Part shown: piece after piece, positions 43,870 through 64,000 of the stretch
Layout of the letters: each line of letters starts with the position of its first letter
Position numbering within the stretch: position 1 is the first letter of the stretch
NCBI RefSeq assembly: GCF_009914755.1
Contig: NC_060935.1
Source of the DNA: the human T2T-CHM13v2.0 reference genome, Homo sapiens
Length of the DNA: 64,000 bases
Strand: one strand, 5' to 3'
Notes under the pieces: model-generated
Told to the model about the DNA's origin: nothing
Database searches by the model: none
The model's input: the letters and a program-made list of their open reading frames with translations, nothing else
Translations under genes and position numbers: made by a program

Positions 43870-45315
43870 TCCAAATATTGAAGGGAACCTTAAAAGTTAG
43901 CTACTAGCATTTCTGTACCAATATCCAGCTAGGTGGTCAACTATGCTCTGCTTGAACACCTCCAGCGCTGGTCAGCTCACCGCCACTCGGAGATCTCAGT
44001 ATACCTTTAGACAACAGTGTTAGAAAATTCAAACTTACTTATTCCAACCTGGCTTCATACCCTTTCATTTATTAGTCCTACTTCCACTCTATGAATACAA
44101 AGAAAAATGTAACTCTTTTTCAAATAATCGTTCTTCAAATGTTCAATACCACTAGTATGGTCCCCTAGAGTCCTCATTTGTTCCAGGTCAACAATTCTTT
44201 GTTCTTCTGACTGCTCCTCATATAAAATGAATTCAAATCTCTTCTATGTTTAATTACTTGTACTCTAAAATTGTTCCTTTTTTTTCCTCTTAAACTGTGG
44301 TATTCTCAATCAAAGGTAAAACTGCAAGTGGGACTCTGAGTAGCTTAGATAAAAATGTGCCTATCACATCCCTTACATCAGTTAATTTTCCACCTTAATG
44401 TATTCTGAGGTCATACTTGAGAGGTAGAAAGAGAAAAAAGAGTATGGATTCAGAGAGAAAGAGATCTGAGATTGGTAATCCAGCCCCAACACTCACTACT
44501 ATGTAGGCAAGTTATTTAACCTCTGAGCTGAAAACTTCAATTTCCAAAATGAGAAAATTAAATTTAAACATTAAGGATGTATACAAGATTTACAGATAAA
44601 TGTGTACAAAGTCTCTAGCAATGCCTGACACATAGTAGACATTCAACACGTTACTATTATTTTTGGTATTTTGGTAATGCATATTAGTGATTAATCTACA
44701 TTGCAATTGTTGTGACCTAAAAATCCAAAATCCATTATATGACACATTTTAGTAGCACAACTATTTTATTGTGAAACCAGTGACATAAATATACCTTCAC
44801 TTATATGCCTTTACTTCTTTCAAAAATTAATCTACTGTTTCAGTTTCTTGAGTTCTTTATGGATAAAAATTCTGGAACCAAATATTTTAAATAATCTTCT
44901 CAATTTTGAACAAGGTAAAATTCTTATGAGCATGACACTTGTTTAAATAAGAAACACGGGCACTCCCCAGTACACACACAGGTTGAAGGAAGAGTCTAAT
45001 GTCTCTAGATAAATATTGCCAAAAGTTGATCCTTCAAATCCAGCCCTTGGACTTCCTGTGAATTAGCTTATTTATTATAAATCATCCTCATATTGTTCCA
45101 CCTAGTCAAAAAGATGTCGTAAGAGACTCTGTCTCACATCATGTTGAAATCCAAACATGTACTGTCTATACCTAGCCCATCAAAGAAGGAAATGATTGCA
45201 GCATTGGTGGTTCATTCTTGATGAACCCCTGAATTCTAATAATTATGATTACTTCCTTTTCTAAATGCTTACAAAATGTCTTCCTAATAATACTTTTCTA
45301 TTCTTGCCTAGAATT
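43870..45315 (-). mobile_element. CR1/L3 LINE fragments, interrupted by a MIR at ~44420-44655
   Basis: 'ctctgcttgaacacctccag...agctcacc', 'gttagaaaattc', 'tgttgaaatcca', 'ttcttgatgaaccc'. Confidence 0.6.
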
Positions 45316-45327
45316 TCAAAAAGCAGG

Positions 45328-46402
45328 TGTGATGGTTAATACTGAGTGTCAACTTGATTGGACTGAAGGAGCAAAGCATTGATCCTGGGTGTGTCTGTGA
45401 GGATGTTGCCAAAGGAGATTAACATTTGAGTCAGTGGGCTGGGGAAGGCAGACCCACCCCTAATCTGGTGGGCACCATATAATCAGCTGCCAGTGAATAT
45501 AAAGCAGGCAGAAAAACGTGAAGGGGTGAGACTGGCCTAGCCTCCCAGCCTACATCTTTCTCCCGTGCTGGATGCTTCCTACCCTGGAACATCGGACTCC
45601 AAGTTCTTCAGTTTTGGGACTCGGACTGGCTCTCCTTGCTCCTCAGCCTGCAGACGGCCTATTGTGGGACCTTGTGATCATGAGCCAAGGAATGCTCCAC
45701 CAATTTTCTAGGATGGAGACTAACAAAATCTGGCCTATGTTTACACACTTTACTCAAACAAGATCACAGCTATGCAAGCCAAAGACGCATATTGACCTTG
45801 CCCAGTGGAAGAACCAGGAAGATGTGGTCATTCATTCAACTCTGTGTGTAGTATTGGTGCTGTGTCCAAATTAGAAGCTAGCTGAGGCAGCTTGCACCAT
45901 CTTTTCTAGTTGAAATGGTGAACTGATAGGAAAACTAATGAGTAGAAAGAGTTCACAAAGAGGCCCTCCTCTGCCTTTCAAAAGGAAGGTCACCTGCACA
46001 TGTTTAAGGTGTCTCTGCACATGTCTCCACCCATTCATAAGAAAGCAAGTACAGTGTGGATTTCAAATGATGGGTAACTTCAGCTCCAGCTGATTTTTGA
46101 CAGCTGTGTTGTTGCTGTGGTATCCTTTTTTACACATGACGGTGACGGTTTCTGCTTCTCCCCATCCCCACAAAGGCTGTTGAACCACAGCACCAGGAAG
46201 CCTGAGAATGCTTAGGGCTCTAGCCCAGGCTTTGTACCAGGCTTTCTGGTGTGTGCCCTCCTGGTGACAGTGAAATTGAAGCTACTTATTCTCAGTGGTT
46301 TTTTTCTCTGGTCTTGAGTGAATGTGTCCACAGTTCATTATTTTCCAGTAGGAATGATTCCTTTTCTGCATTCACACTCCATAGAGAACCCTGACTAACA
46401 CA
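45328..46402 (+). mobile_element. MLT2A (HERV-L) LTR carrying a 700-bp foreign insert (45682-46381)
   Basis: Starts tgtgatggttaatactgagtgtcaac, ends tagagaaccctgactaacaca; TSD gcagg/gtagg. Confidence 0.9.
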
Positions 46403-47990
46403 GTAGGACTGTCTATTACTATGTACAACTAAGGGATGATGAGAAAATGGTTTCACATATCCCATTAACAGAATTTCTAATAAAGTAAGGAAGTATTTTT
46501 CAAACACATGTTATACAGAAAACTATTCCAGGACGATGCACATTTTTAAAACTTTTTATGTTTTTCAAATAAATTTGGGAATGGCTGAAACCATGAGAAT
46601 GTCTTGAAGATTTTAGCAGAGTTTTGCAGTTTTGCTTGTAGAGATCTTTCACCTACTTGGTTAGGTATATTCATACTTTTTGTTTGTTTGTTTGTTTGTT
46701 TGTTTTGCAGCTGTTGGGAAGGGGCTGAGCTCTTGATTTGATTCTTAGCTCAGTCACTGCGGGTGTATAGCAGTGCTACTATTTTTTGTACATTAATCCT
46801 GTATCCTGAAATTTACTGAATTTATTTATCAAATCTAGGAGTGTTTTAAATGAGTCTTTAGGGTTTTCTAGGTGTAAGATCATATCATCAGAGAAGTAAC
46901 AGTTTGATTTCCTCTTTATGGATTTGGATGCTCTTGATTTCTTTCTCTTGTCTGATTGCTCTGGCTAAGACTTCCAGTACTATGATGAATAGAAGTGGTA
47001 AAAGTGGGCACCTTTGTCTTGTTCCATTTCTCAGGGTGAATGTTTTCATCTTTCACCATTCCCCATAGTTGGCTGTGGGTTTGTCATACATGGCTTTTAT
47101 TACCTTAAAGTATGTCCTTTCTATGCTGATTTTCCTGAGGCTTTTAATCATAAAGTGATGCTGAATTTTGTCAAATGTTTTTTCTTTGACTATTGAGATG
47201 ATCACGTGATTTTTGTTTTTAATTCTATTTATGTGGTGTATCACATTTATTGACTTGTATATGTTAAATCAACCCTGCATCTCTGATATGAAACCATTTG
47301 ATCATAGTGTGTGATATTTTTGATATGCTATTTGATTTGGTTAGCTAATATTTTGTTGAGGATTTTTGCATCTATGCTCATCAGGGATATTGGTCTATAC
47401 TTTTCTTTTTAATTATGCCCTTTCCTGGTTTCAATATTAGGGTAATACAAGCTACATAGAATGATTTAGGGAGTATTCCCTCTTTATCTTTTGGAATCAT
47501 TTTAGAAGGATTGGTACCAATTCTTTGAATGTCTGATGCCATTCTGTTCTGAATTTATCTGGTCCTAGACTTCTAATTTTTGGAAATTTTGTAATTAGTC
47601 TTTTAATCTTGCTACTTGTTATTGGTCTCTTCACAGTTTCTATTTCTTTCTGGCTTAATCTAAGAGGGTTGTATATTTCCAGCAATTCATCCATCTCCTC
47701 TAGGTTTTCTAGTTTGTGTGCATAAAGATGTTTATAGTAGCCTTGAATGATCATTTGTATTTCTGTGGTATCGATCATAATATCTTCCATTTCATTTCTA
47801 ATTGAGCTTATTTGCATCTTCTCTCTTTTCTTGGTTAATGTGGCTAATGGTCTATACATTTTGTTTATCTATTTTAAGAACCAGTTTTTTGTTTCATTTA
47901 AATTTTGTATTTTTGGTTTGTTTCAATTTCATTTAGTTCTGCTATAATCTTTATTTCTTTTCTTCTGCTGGGTGTGGGTTTCGTATGTTC

Positions 47991-48063
47991 TTTTTTATTT
48001 TTTATTTTATTATTTTTTTTAGATGGAGTCTCACTCTGTTGCTCAGGCTGGAGTGCAATGGCG
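47991..48063 (-). mobile_element. Very short 5'-truncated Alu in L1PB
   Basis: T-rich tail plus agatggagtctcactctgttgctcaggctggagtgcaatggcg. Confidence 0.85.
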
Positions 48064-48263
48064 TTGGTTCATTCTTGTTTCTCTAGTTCCTTGAGTTGTG
48101 ACCTTAGATTGTCTATTTGTGCTATTTCAGACTTTTTGATGTAGGCATTTAATGCTATGAACTTTCCTCTTAGCACTGCTTTTGCTGTATGCTAGAGGTT
48201 TTGATAGGTTCTGTCACTATTATCATTCACTTCAAAGAATTTTTTAACTTCCATCTTGATTTC

Positions 48264-54432
<6,169 letters not shown>

Positions 54433-57400
54433 TCCATCTTGATTTCATTGTTGACCCAAAGATCATTCACAAGCAGAATATTTAGTTTCCATGTATTTGT
54501 ACAGTTTTGAGGATTCCTTTAGAGTTAATTTCCAATTTTATTCCACTGTATTCTGAGAGTGCACTTGATAAAATTTCAATTTTCTTAAATTTATTGAGAA
54601 TTATTTCGTGGCCTATCATATAGTTTATCTTGGAGAATGTTCCATGTGCTGATGAAAAGAATGTATGTTTTTCAGTTGTTGGGTATAATATTCTGTAAAT
54701 ATCTGTTAAGCACATTCGTTCTAGCATACTCTTTAAGTCTAGGGTATAGTTTAAGTCTACTGTTTCTTTGTTGACTTTCTGTCTTGTGACCTGTCTAGTG
54801 CTGTCAGTTGAGTACTGCAGTCCCCCACTATTATTGTATTGCTGTCTGTCTCATTTCTTAGGTCTAGTAGTAATTGTTTTACAAATTTGGGAGCTCCAGT
54901 GTTAGGTGCCAATATATTTAGGATTTTGATATTTTCCTGTTGGCCTAATCCTTTTATCATTATATTATATAATGTCCCTCTTTGTCTTTTTTTAACTTTT
55001 GTTGCTTTAAAATTTGTATGGTTGATATAAGAAAAGCTACTCCTGCTCGCTTTTGGTTTCCATTTGTATGGAATATCTCTTTTTATCCCATTATCTAAGT
55101 TTATGAGAGTCCTTATGTGTTAGGTGAGTCTCTTGAAGACAGTAGATACTTGGTTGGTGGATTTTTATCCATTCTACTTTTCTGTATCTTTTAAGTGGAG
55201 CATTTCACCCATTTATATTCAATGTTAGTATTGACATGTGAGGTACTGTTCTATTCATCATGCTAGTTGTTGCCTGAATATCTTGGTTTTTATATCATTA
55301 TGTTATTGTTTCATAGGTCCTATGATGTTTATGCTTGAAGGGGGCTCAATTTGGTGTATTTTGAGGTTTTGTTTCAATATTTAGGATGCTTATTAGCATT
55401 CCTTGTAGTGCTGGCTTGGTAATGTTGAATTTTCTCAGCATTTGTCTGAAAAAGACTTTATCTCTCTTTCATTTATGAAGCTTAGTTTTGCTGAATACAG
55501 AATTCTTGGCTGATAATTATTTTCTTTAAGGAGGCTAAACTTTGGGCTGATACTTTCTGGCTTGCAGGGTTTCAGCCAAGAAATCTGCTGTTAATCTGAT
55601 AGAATTTCCTTTAAGGTTGCTTGATCCTTTTTCCTCATAGCTCTTAAGATTATTTTCTTCACTTTGACTTCAGATAACCTGATGACTATGTGCCCAGGTG
55701 ATTATCTTTTTACAATGAATTTCCTGGGTGTTTTTTGAGTTTCTTATGTTTGGATGTCTAGATACCGAGCAAGACCAGGGGAGTTTTCCTCGATTATTGC
55801 TTTAAATAAGTTTTTCAAGCTTTTAGATTTCTCATCTTCCTCAGGAACACCAATTATTTTTAGGTTTGGTCATTTAATATAATCCCAAATTTCTTGAAGG
55901 CTTTGTTCATTTAATTTTTTTTCTTTGTCTTTGTCAAATTGGGTTAATTCAAAAGCTTTTCTTCTAGCTCTGAATTTCTTTCTTCTACTTGTTTGATTCT
56001 ATTGTTGGAGTTTTCCAGTGTATTTTGCATTTCTCTAAATTTGTCTTTCATTTCCAGAAGTTGTGATTGTCTTTTCTTTATGAAATGTATTTCTCTGGAG
56101 ACATTTTCATCCATATCCTGTATTTTTTAAAATTTATTTAAGTTGATTTTCATGCTCTCTTTGAGTAGCTTAATACTTCACTTTCTGAATTCTTTATCTG
56201 GCAATTCTGAGATTTCTTCTTGGGTTGGATCCATTGCTGTAGTGCTACTGTGATTTTTTGGGGTTGTTACAGAACCTTGTTTTGTCATATTACTATAATT
56301 ACTTTCCTTGTTCCTTTTAATTTGGGTAGACCATTTCAGTGGAAAAATCCAGAACTCAGGGGCTGCTGTTCAGATTCTTTTGTCCTGTTAGGTGATCCCT
56401 TTATGTGGTGCTTTCCCCTTCCCCCTAGGAATGGGGCTTCCTTAGAGCCAAACTGCAGTGATTGTTATTGTCTTTCTGTGTCTAGCCACCCAGCAGGGCT
56501 ACCAAGCTGGTTTAGGGGAGTGTCTGCAAAGAGTCCTGTGATGTGATCCATCTTCAGGTTTCCCAGCCATGGATACCAGCACCTGCTCTGGTGAAGGTGG
56601 CAGGAGAGTGAATTGGACTCTTTGAGAGTCCTTGGTTGTAGTTTTGTTTAGTGTACTGGTTTTCTTGATACTGTTTATGCTAGCAGCGATGTTGTCATGT
56701 GGACAGACTCAAGACATTTAGTTAGCCAGGGTGTTGCAAGCAGTGGAATTAGCTGTTTTCTCCTTCTTTGGATCAGGGTTGTTCTTTCATGAGTTGCTGT
56801 AATGGCTTGAGTTGGTTGGCCTCCAGCCACGAGGTGATGCTTTCAAGAGATCAACAGCTGCAGTAGTTGAAGGGGAATATAAACTCACCCTGCGTGCGTT
56901 GGCCAGTATAAGTACTCAGGTTTCTCAGGTAATGGACAGGTTCATAGAGCTCCCAAGATTTTATGTCTTTTTTCTTTGGCTACCAGGGAGGGTAGAGACA
57001 AACTATCAGGTGGGTGCAGAGTTAGGCATCTCTGAGCTCATACTCTCCTTGGGCAGGCATTGCTGTAGCCACTATGGGGGATGGGGAGGTAGTTCTCAGG
57101 CCAATAGAGTTATGTTCCAGGGGGATTATCGTTGCCTCTGCTGTCTCATACAAGTCATCAGGGAAGTGCGAAAAGCTGGCAGTGACAAGCCTCATGCAGC
57201 TCCCAGGTAGCCAGTAAGGCCAGGCTTATTCCCTCTGTGCCCCACCACCAGCACCAAATTTATACCTAGGGAGCCAGAGAGCAGGGCTGGGATCTTGTCC
57301 AAGGCCACAAGCTTCCAGATAAGAAAGCAAGCAGATCTCTCAGACCTTGCCCCTCCTTGCCTTCCAGCACTGTCAGCTGTGGCTTCTTTGCTAATATCTG

Positions 57401-57721
57401 CACCTGCAATTCACCCCTGCCCTCAACCCCAGATTTTGCTCAGTAAAATTCATGCTCGGTTGAAATTATTACAAAGTTCAGTTGGAAGCTTCCTTTACCC
57501 TGTGCCCCTTCCCCAATTCTCCTGGCTAACTTTTCCAGGGACCTCTTATCCCAGGGATGGCTATCCTGGGGCTTTAGTTGGGGACTGGAAGTGCCTACAG
57601 GGCTCTTCCTACTGCTTCTTCTACTTTTATATTTCACCCAGCTCCCTAAATCTGTTTTAGCTCTAGGTAAGATTAAATCCTTCTCCATGATCTGGATTTT
57701 TCAGGTTTCCCAGTGGGAATG

Positions 57722-57866
57722 TGTATTAGTCTTCCTGAGACTGGGTAATTTATAAAGAAAAGAGATTTAATTGACTCACAGTTTCACACGGCTAGGGAGG
57801 CCTCAGGACACTTCCAATCATGGTGGAAGGAGAAGGGAAAGCAAGACATGTCTTACATGGCAGCAG

Positions 57867-57898
<32 letters not shown>

Positions 57899-58080
57899 AA
57901 GAGAGAGCAAAGGAAGCCACACATTTTTAAATCTCAGATCTCATGAGAACTCACTCACTATCACCAGAACAGCATGGGAGAAATCATCCCCATGATCCAA
58001 TCACTTCCCACCAGGTCCCTTCTTGACACAAAGGGATTACAATTCCAGATGAGATTGGGATGGAACATAGAGCCAAATCA
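57722..58080 (-). mobile_element. THE1D/MSTA-type LTR inside the L1PB 5' UTR
   Basis: tgtattagtc...gagactgggtaatttataaagaaaaga...catagagccaaatca; internal (GA)n. Confidence 0.88.
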
Positions 58081-58345
58081 AAGATGTGTGTTCAGAGGTG
58101 GACATTTCCCCTTATCACACTTTGGGAACTCACAGTTTTCTACTGTCTAGTGAGTTTGCAGGAGCAAGCCACTCCTTTCAAAGGGTCTGTAAATTCTTTT
58201 GGTTGTTCTAGTATGTTCCTTCAGTGGTTCTTGGAGCAAAAGTTCACAATGTGAGTCTCCACATGCTGTTCTGTCTGTCCAAATGGGAGCTGCATGTTAG
58301 TCCTGTCTCCTATCCATCATTTTCCTCCTGTCTTGAAGATTTTAA

Positions 58346-58684
<339 letters not shown>

Positions 58685-58799
58685 TAATAATTCTTACTAA
58701 AATATTTGAATTTGTTGAAATTGAAGGTACTCGATATCTGGCCACAAAATCATATTATTTATGTTACCCATAGAAGCACCATTAGATTTCTAATTTAAT

Positions 58800-60430
58800 T
58801 TTGTTTGGCTAGATAGCATACTCTGAAATGTTTTAAACCTTGTAAATTAATTGAGGCATTTTATGGACAAGCATATAATCTATCTTGGTAACTATAACTT
58901 AAACAATTGTAAAGATAAATATTCTGCCTTTATTGGGTGGAGCGCTCCATAAATGGCACTTAAGTCACATTCAAGTCTTCTGTATTCTTTCTGATTTTCT
59001 TTCTGCTTTTTGTCTGTCAGTTACTGAGAGAGACTTTGAAGTCTACAAATACAGTATTATCTTTAATCTATTTCTTTTTTCAGCTCTGTCAGTTTTTTGC
59101 ATTATGCATTTTGAAGCTCTATTATTAAGTGCATTGAAATTTGTTCTGCCTTGATAATGATCTAGTCTCTTAATCATCAGGAAAATCTCCTTATCATGAG
59201 CAATAGTCTCTATTTTGGAAAATACTTAGTCTGATACTAATAAAAGTCATTCCTGCTTTCTTTTGATTCATATTTGCTTTTTCATTTACTTTAAAATCAT
59301 TTTAAAATTCATATTTTAGTTTTATTGTACATAGCATATTTTTAATCCAATAATCTCTGCTATTGGATAGTCTGATAATCTCTGCTTTTAAATGGAATGT
59401 TTAGACAATATATAGTTAATGTAATTATCAAGATAATTTCTAACTATAATTTTGTTTTCTATTTATCTCTTCTATTTTTAATTTTTTCTTTTCTTTTCTG
59501 CCTTCCTTCAGATTAAGGGAATTTTCTATGATTTAATTTTATCTCCATTATTGTTTTGATTGGTTTGTTAGCTACATGACTTTTTTTAACATGAAAGTTT
59601 TAGGGTTTACATATTCATCTTTAACTTATAATGTTATACCACTTTACATATAATGTAAACATTTTCAGCATATCTTTTTATTTTCCCCTCCTTTCTTTAT
59701 GTTAACATTTTAATATGTTTTGCTTCTCATGTTATGGCCATATAATATACTGTTATTAATTTTAAAGAAACAAAAAAGAAGAAAATTCTCTAATATTTAC
59801 TGTTTCTGCTGCTTTTATTTTTTTTTTTCTGTAGATATATGTTTCCATCTGGTATTGTTTTCCTTCTGTCTGAAGAACTTCCTTTCATATATTTTATAGT
59901 ACAGGTCTGCCAGCAATGTATTCTCTCAGCTATTGTTGTCTAAAGAACTTTCATTTTGCATTCATTCATTTGTGAAATACAGTTTTGTTGGTTATAGGTT
60001 TCTAGGTTGAAAAATGTTTTTTCTTCAATCACTTTTAAAATGTCTTTATTGTTTTCTGACTTCCTTTGTTTGGGATATAAAGTATGAGGCCATCCTTAAT
60101 CTCCCCGCCCCCATGTAATTTATCTTTGGTTATTTTTCTGGGATTTATCCTGCTAAGAGTGTGTATGTATAGTTTTCTTGAAATATGGAAAATTTTCTGC
60201 TCTATCTTTTCTAATATATTTTCTACCCTCCTCCTTCTGGAGTTTCAATTACTTATTGGTAAAGTTAGACTCCTTCATTGTCCACCAAGATGCCAAGGCT
60301 CTCTTAAATGTTTTGGAATGGTTTTCTCTCTGTGCTTCATTTGGATGTTTCTATTTCTATGATTTTCAGTTCAGCAATCTTTTCTTCAATAGCATCTAAT
60401 CTTCTGTTAAGTACCTGATCTGAATTTGGC
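58800..60430 (-). mobile_element. Old L1M fragment (ORF1 to ORF2 start)
   Basis: T-rich, with 'cattttgaagctctattattaagtgca', 'tttccatctggtattgttttccttctgtctgaagaacttcc'. Confidence 0.65.
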
Positions 60431-60599
60431 ATTTCACAACATAGCAAGACCACCATGCTCTACCTGCCCTCTACCTCTCATAAATTGCTTCCAGGCCTAA
60501 GGCCAACATGATTGATTCTAGAGCATATATGTGGTCCCTTCACTCAGGGATCATAGCCCTAATTGGCTTCTTCTTGTACAATGTCAGAAAACAGTTATT

Positions 60600-60851
60600 A
60601 TTATTATTTTTAATACTTTAAGTTCTGGAGTACATGTGCAGAATGTGCAGTTTTATTACATAGGTATACACGTGTCATGGTGGTTTGCTGCACCCATCAA
60701 CCCATCACCTACATTAGGTGTTTCTCCTAACGTTATCCCTCTCCTAAACCCCACCCCCTAACAGGCCCCAGTGTGTGATGTTCCCCTCCATATGTTCGTG
60801 TGTTCTCATTGTTCAACTCCCACTTATGAGTGAGAACATGCGGTGTTTGGT
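60600..60851 (-). mobile_element. L1PA7-like 3' end
   Basis: 14-bp TSD agaaaacagttatt (60586-60599, 60852-60865). Confidence 0.92.
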
Positions 60852-63292
60852 AGAAAACAGTTATTTCATGCATTTTCCCCAAGGTTCTAGCAGTTTACAG
60901 TGGAAAGGCAACTGTCATATTAGTTTCTCCATGATCAGAAGCAAAAAATTTGTCCTGTGTAATTTGAAAAATTCTAAACTAGAGAAATTGTGTAGATGTT
61001 TCAGACTTACTTTTATACTTGAGTCATTAATTTCCAATAATTAATTGAGAGAATGATAATTAATTCATAAGAGTTTAAAAAATTATAAGTCTCTAAGTTA
61101 AATTGGTATTTAGTATCCAGGAGACAAATAGTATGCAAATCATTTGAGAAGGAAGAAGCTTAAATTAAGTAGAATATTTTAAATACAGTTGAATCAAGAC
61201 ACAATGAGTAATATTATATTGTGTTTAATTTAGCAAAAATTCTTACTTGGCTATTAAAGAAATGGTCCGTACCTAGTTCCTCAATTAAAACATTAAAATC
61301 AGGCATCAAAAAGATCATCCAATATTAGAACTGGAAGAAAAGTATATATCATCCTTGCCAACCCTCACATTTTACAGCTTTGGAAAGGAGAGTTGGAAAA
61401 GTCAAGGAATTTTTTTCATTCACCCAAAGAAGCATAACTTGTTATTGGAAGAGCTGGTGTTACCACATTCCTAGTGCTGTGAGCCACATACTTTTCCCTT
61501 CTCCCTCAGAATTCAAAGTGTGCTGAAATATACGGTGCTACAAAACTAATCAATATCAATAAACAGGATGTTATCTTTCTAAAAATTAGATTTTTAAATT
61601 ATCTTTATGTCATATTATTTTTAAATTGTTAATTAAGCAAACACTAGATTAAATTTTACTACATATTGCATTATTTGTGGTCAGTTATTACTTTTCTAAA
61701 AATTGAGCAGCCAAATTATGATGCAAAGGAAGTGGGGAAGAGTTATAACTTTCTGAAACCATTTGTTTCACCTGTCTACTCTTTAGCCCTGTGCAATATT
61801 ATATTGAGTTAATGTCTTAGAAAATAGTTATTATTTGAGCTCATGGAGATTTTGTAAAGAATCGTATCGCTTATCAAAAATCCCAAATCCCCATAACATA
61901 TTTGATCACCTCAAGAGTTCCCTTAAGGTTTTATTTTTACGATCTTACTTAGCAAGCATTTAAGCAAATAACTCATCTAAGTTGTCTATAGAGTTGAATT
62001 GAATCTTCCACAAGCTTGTGTTAAAATAACATTTTGAATGATGTTCAAATAATTTTGAATTAGCTTTTGTAAAAGAAGTGTATAATTCCTATCACTTACT
62101 ACTAACACTGTTATGTACCTTCCCTGCTTTAAAAACTGGGCCTTGAGTTCAAAAAGAGGAAGTACCATAATAGATGTAAGCTATAAAGTGACCCAAATCT
62201 TCTGAACTCCAAACTGCTTCCCACTGGCTTTATCTATGCTCTATTTCAGTGTCTCCCTCTGGTATAGCATTAACCAAATAACTGTTGTTAAAATGCACAT
62301 TTGCAGCAAAATACATTAGTTCAAGTGAGTTATCAGTTGGGGAAAGCAGAATGTTGGCCTAGAAGAAAAGGGTTTTGAGATATGCATTTATACATTTAGT
62401 CAGCAGATAACTATTGAGTACTTACTGTATGCTAGACATTGTGTTAGGGGAATATACTGATAAACAAGCCATAGCAAGCATAGTAATCTTTATAAATTGT
62501 CTGTTTGTCTATTTCATTGTTGACAGTTTCCCCCACCCATTATCACCAGCAAACACTGCAATTGAAACTCCATTAGGACCTCATGTCTTGTTCATCACTG
62601 TAGCCCTACCTACTAGATTGATTCCTGCCATATAATACAGACTCAGTAAATATTTTTAGATTGAGTGAATGATTGAATGAATGGCACTGTCCCTGCTCTT
62701 AAAAGAGCTTGATGTTTGAGAGATGGTTGGGAGAGTTGATGGCATGAAATAGTTCATATGATGGAGTAGTTGGAAGATTTCAGAATGCTTTTACTGATGT
62801 ATCAGTACTATAATTCTGAATTTTCTAGTTCTTCAGGTCAGTAGTAAAAATAGAAATATTTATTTATCTATATTTATCAATTTATATTTTAGTGGTTTCT
62901 CCACATCTGTTCATTTTATTTCATTCTTACAGCAATAAATATGCCAGAAAGATATAATGTCAGAACCTAAGAATTAGAAGGGGAAAGAGGAAGAATCTAG
63001 TACAATCTGAATGGGACCAGGCCCCTGTGGTAGTCTCTGCTCGTACATTGAGCCCACTTTGAGTTCAGATTCACCAGTGTGTTTCTCCTCCAAAAACAAA
63101 CAAATCCAAATTCAAGAGAATTGGAGGCTAATATAGTGTTGGTTATTTGGAGAAAAATCAAAAAAGAAATATACATGACACAGCAAAGCTTCATCACCGT
63201 TACCATCATCACTTAATATTATACCTCTTCCTTTATGGAAAGTATTCCTTCATCCAAGATACTCATTGTCCTGACCCTGCTGTTTTTCTTAC

Positions 63293-63367
63293 CTTACTCA
63301 GCCTCCAAAATGTACCCCTTCTATTGTGCTGGGTCATTCATTTTTTTACCCTCAATTTGCATGCCCA
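63293..63367 (-). other. Candidate exon (pseudogene or lncRNA)
   Basis: Acceptor gttgtttttgttgttttag|, consensus donor AAG|gtaaga; 75 nt. Confidence 0.4.
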
Positions 63368-63469
63368 CTAAAACAACAAAAACAACATCTGTTTACCTGA
63401 GGATCTTCTTGGAGAATATCCAAGTAATCTTGCCGCATGAGAATATATGGAGAACACACTAGGGCAATG

Positions 63470-63935
63470 TTCTATATATTTGTTTTCATATTTCTTACTC
63501 TAAACAGCCTTCTAAAATAATAACTATTAATATCTGTACTTTTGAGCTAAGGAAACTGATGCTCAGAGACCATAGGTAACTTAGTCAAAATGGCATAACT
63601 GGCAAATAGTGGTGGGGATTCAAAACCACATGTACCTCTCTCCAAATCCTGTGCTATTTACAGGTCGTATCTGCCTCATAATATAGTAGTAGCTACTATT
63701 TATTGAACACTTGCCTGTGCCAGGTATTGTACTACACATTTCACAAATATTGTGTAATTTCTCACTGTGAGTCAGCTATGAGTACTGTGATTATTCCCAC
63801 TTTATAAATGAAAAATCTGAGGCTCAGGAAAAATAAGTCACTCGCCCAAAATCACATAACAAGAAAGTTGTAGTGGGAGAATATAATCAGGTACACCTGG
63901 CTGATTTGTCTGTTTCTTTCCACCATGTCACACTA
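63470..63935 (-). mobile_element. Two tandem MIRs
   Basis: Cores 'aaggaaactgatgctcagaga' and 'atgaaaaatctgaggctcagga'. Confidence 0.75.
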
Positions 63936-64000
63936 TTGAAATAAAACATATTGATGCCCCAATTCAATATTCCTCATCAATATAACAGGTCCCTTCACAG

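Noticed and set aside
45572-45874. 100-aa ORF across the MLT2A/insert junction
   Set aside because: LTR-derived frame with no coding hallmarks.

Overview
Primate (very probably human) AT-rich genomic DNA with no intact protein-coding gene. The computed ORFs are either fragments of decayed L1/mariner frames or chance ORFs. Well over half of the window is interspersed repeats: L1PB, L1PA4-6, L1PA7, L1PA15-16, old L1M, Alu, L2, MIR, CR1/L3, MaLR and ERV LTRs, HSMAR2, MADE1, MER44 and MER5. The non-repeat sequence carries a series of minus-strand exon-like segments with good splice sites. Two of them (21767-21927 and a ~2.3-kb exon starting at 21597) splice in phase to give a stop-riddled PDZ domain. 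This points to a decayed intron-containing (unitary) pseudogene; PDZPH1P is my best guess, from memory and unverified. Several unusual rearrangements are directly visible: a MADE1 mariner MITE that captured an inverted copy of neighbouring DNA; an MLT2A LTR with 700 bp of foreign sequence replacing its splice-donor/poly(A) region; a 5'-intact, tail-less, 3'-truncated L1PB with a perfect 16-bp TSD; and an antisense tRNA-Ile half fused to a young L1 3' end. Repeat subfamily names come from recall of consensus sequences, not from a search; boundaries without a stated TSD are approximate.
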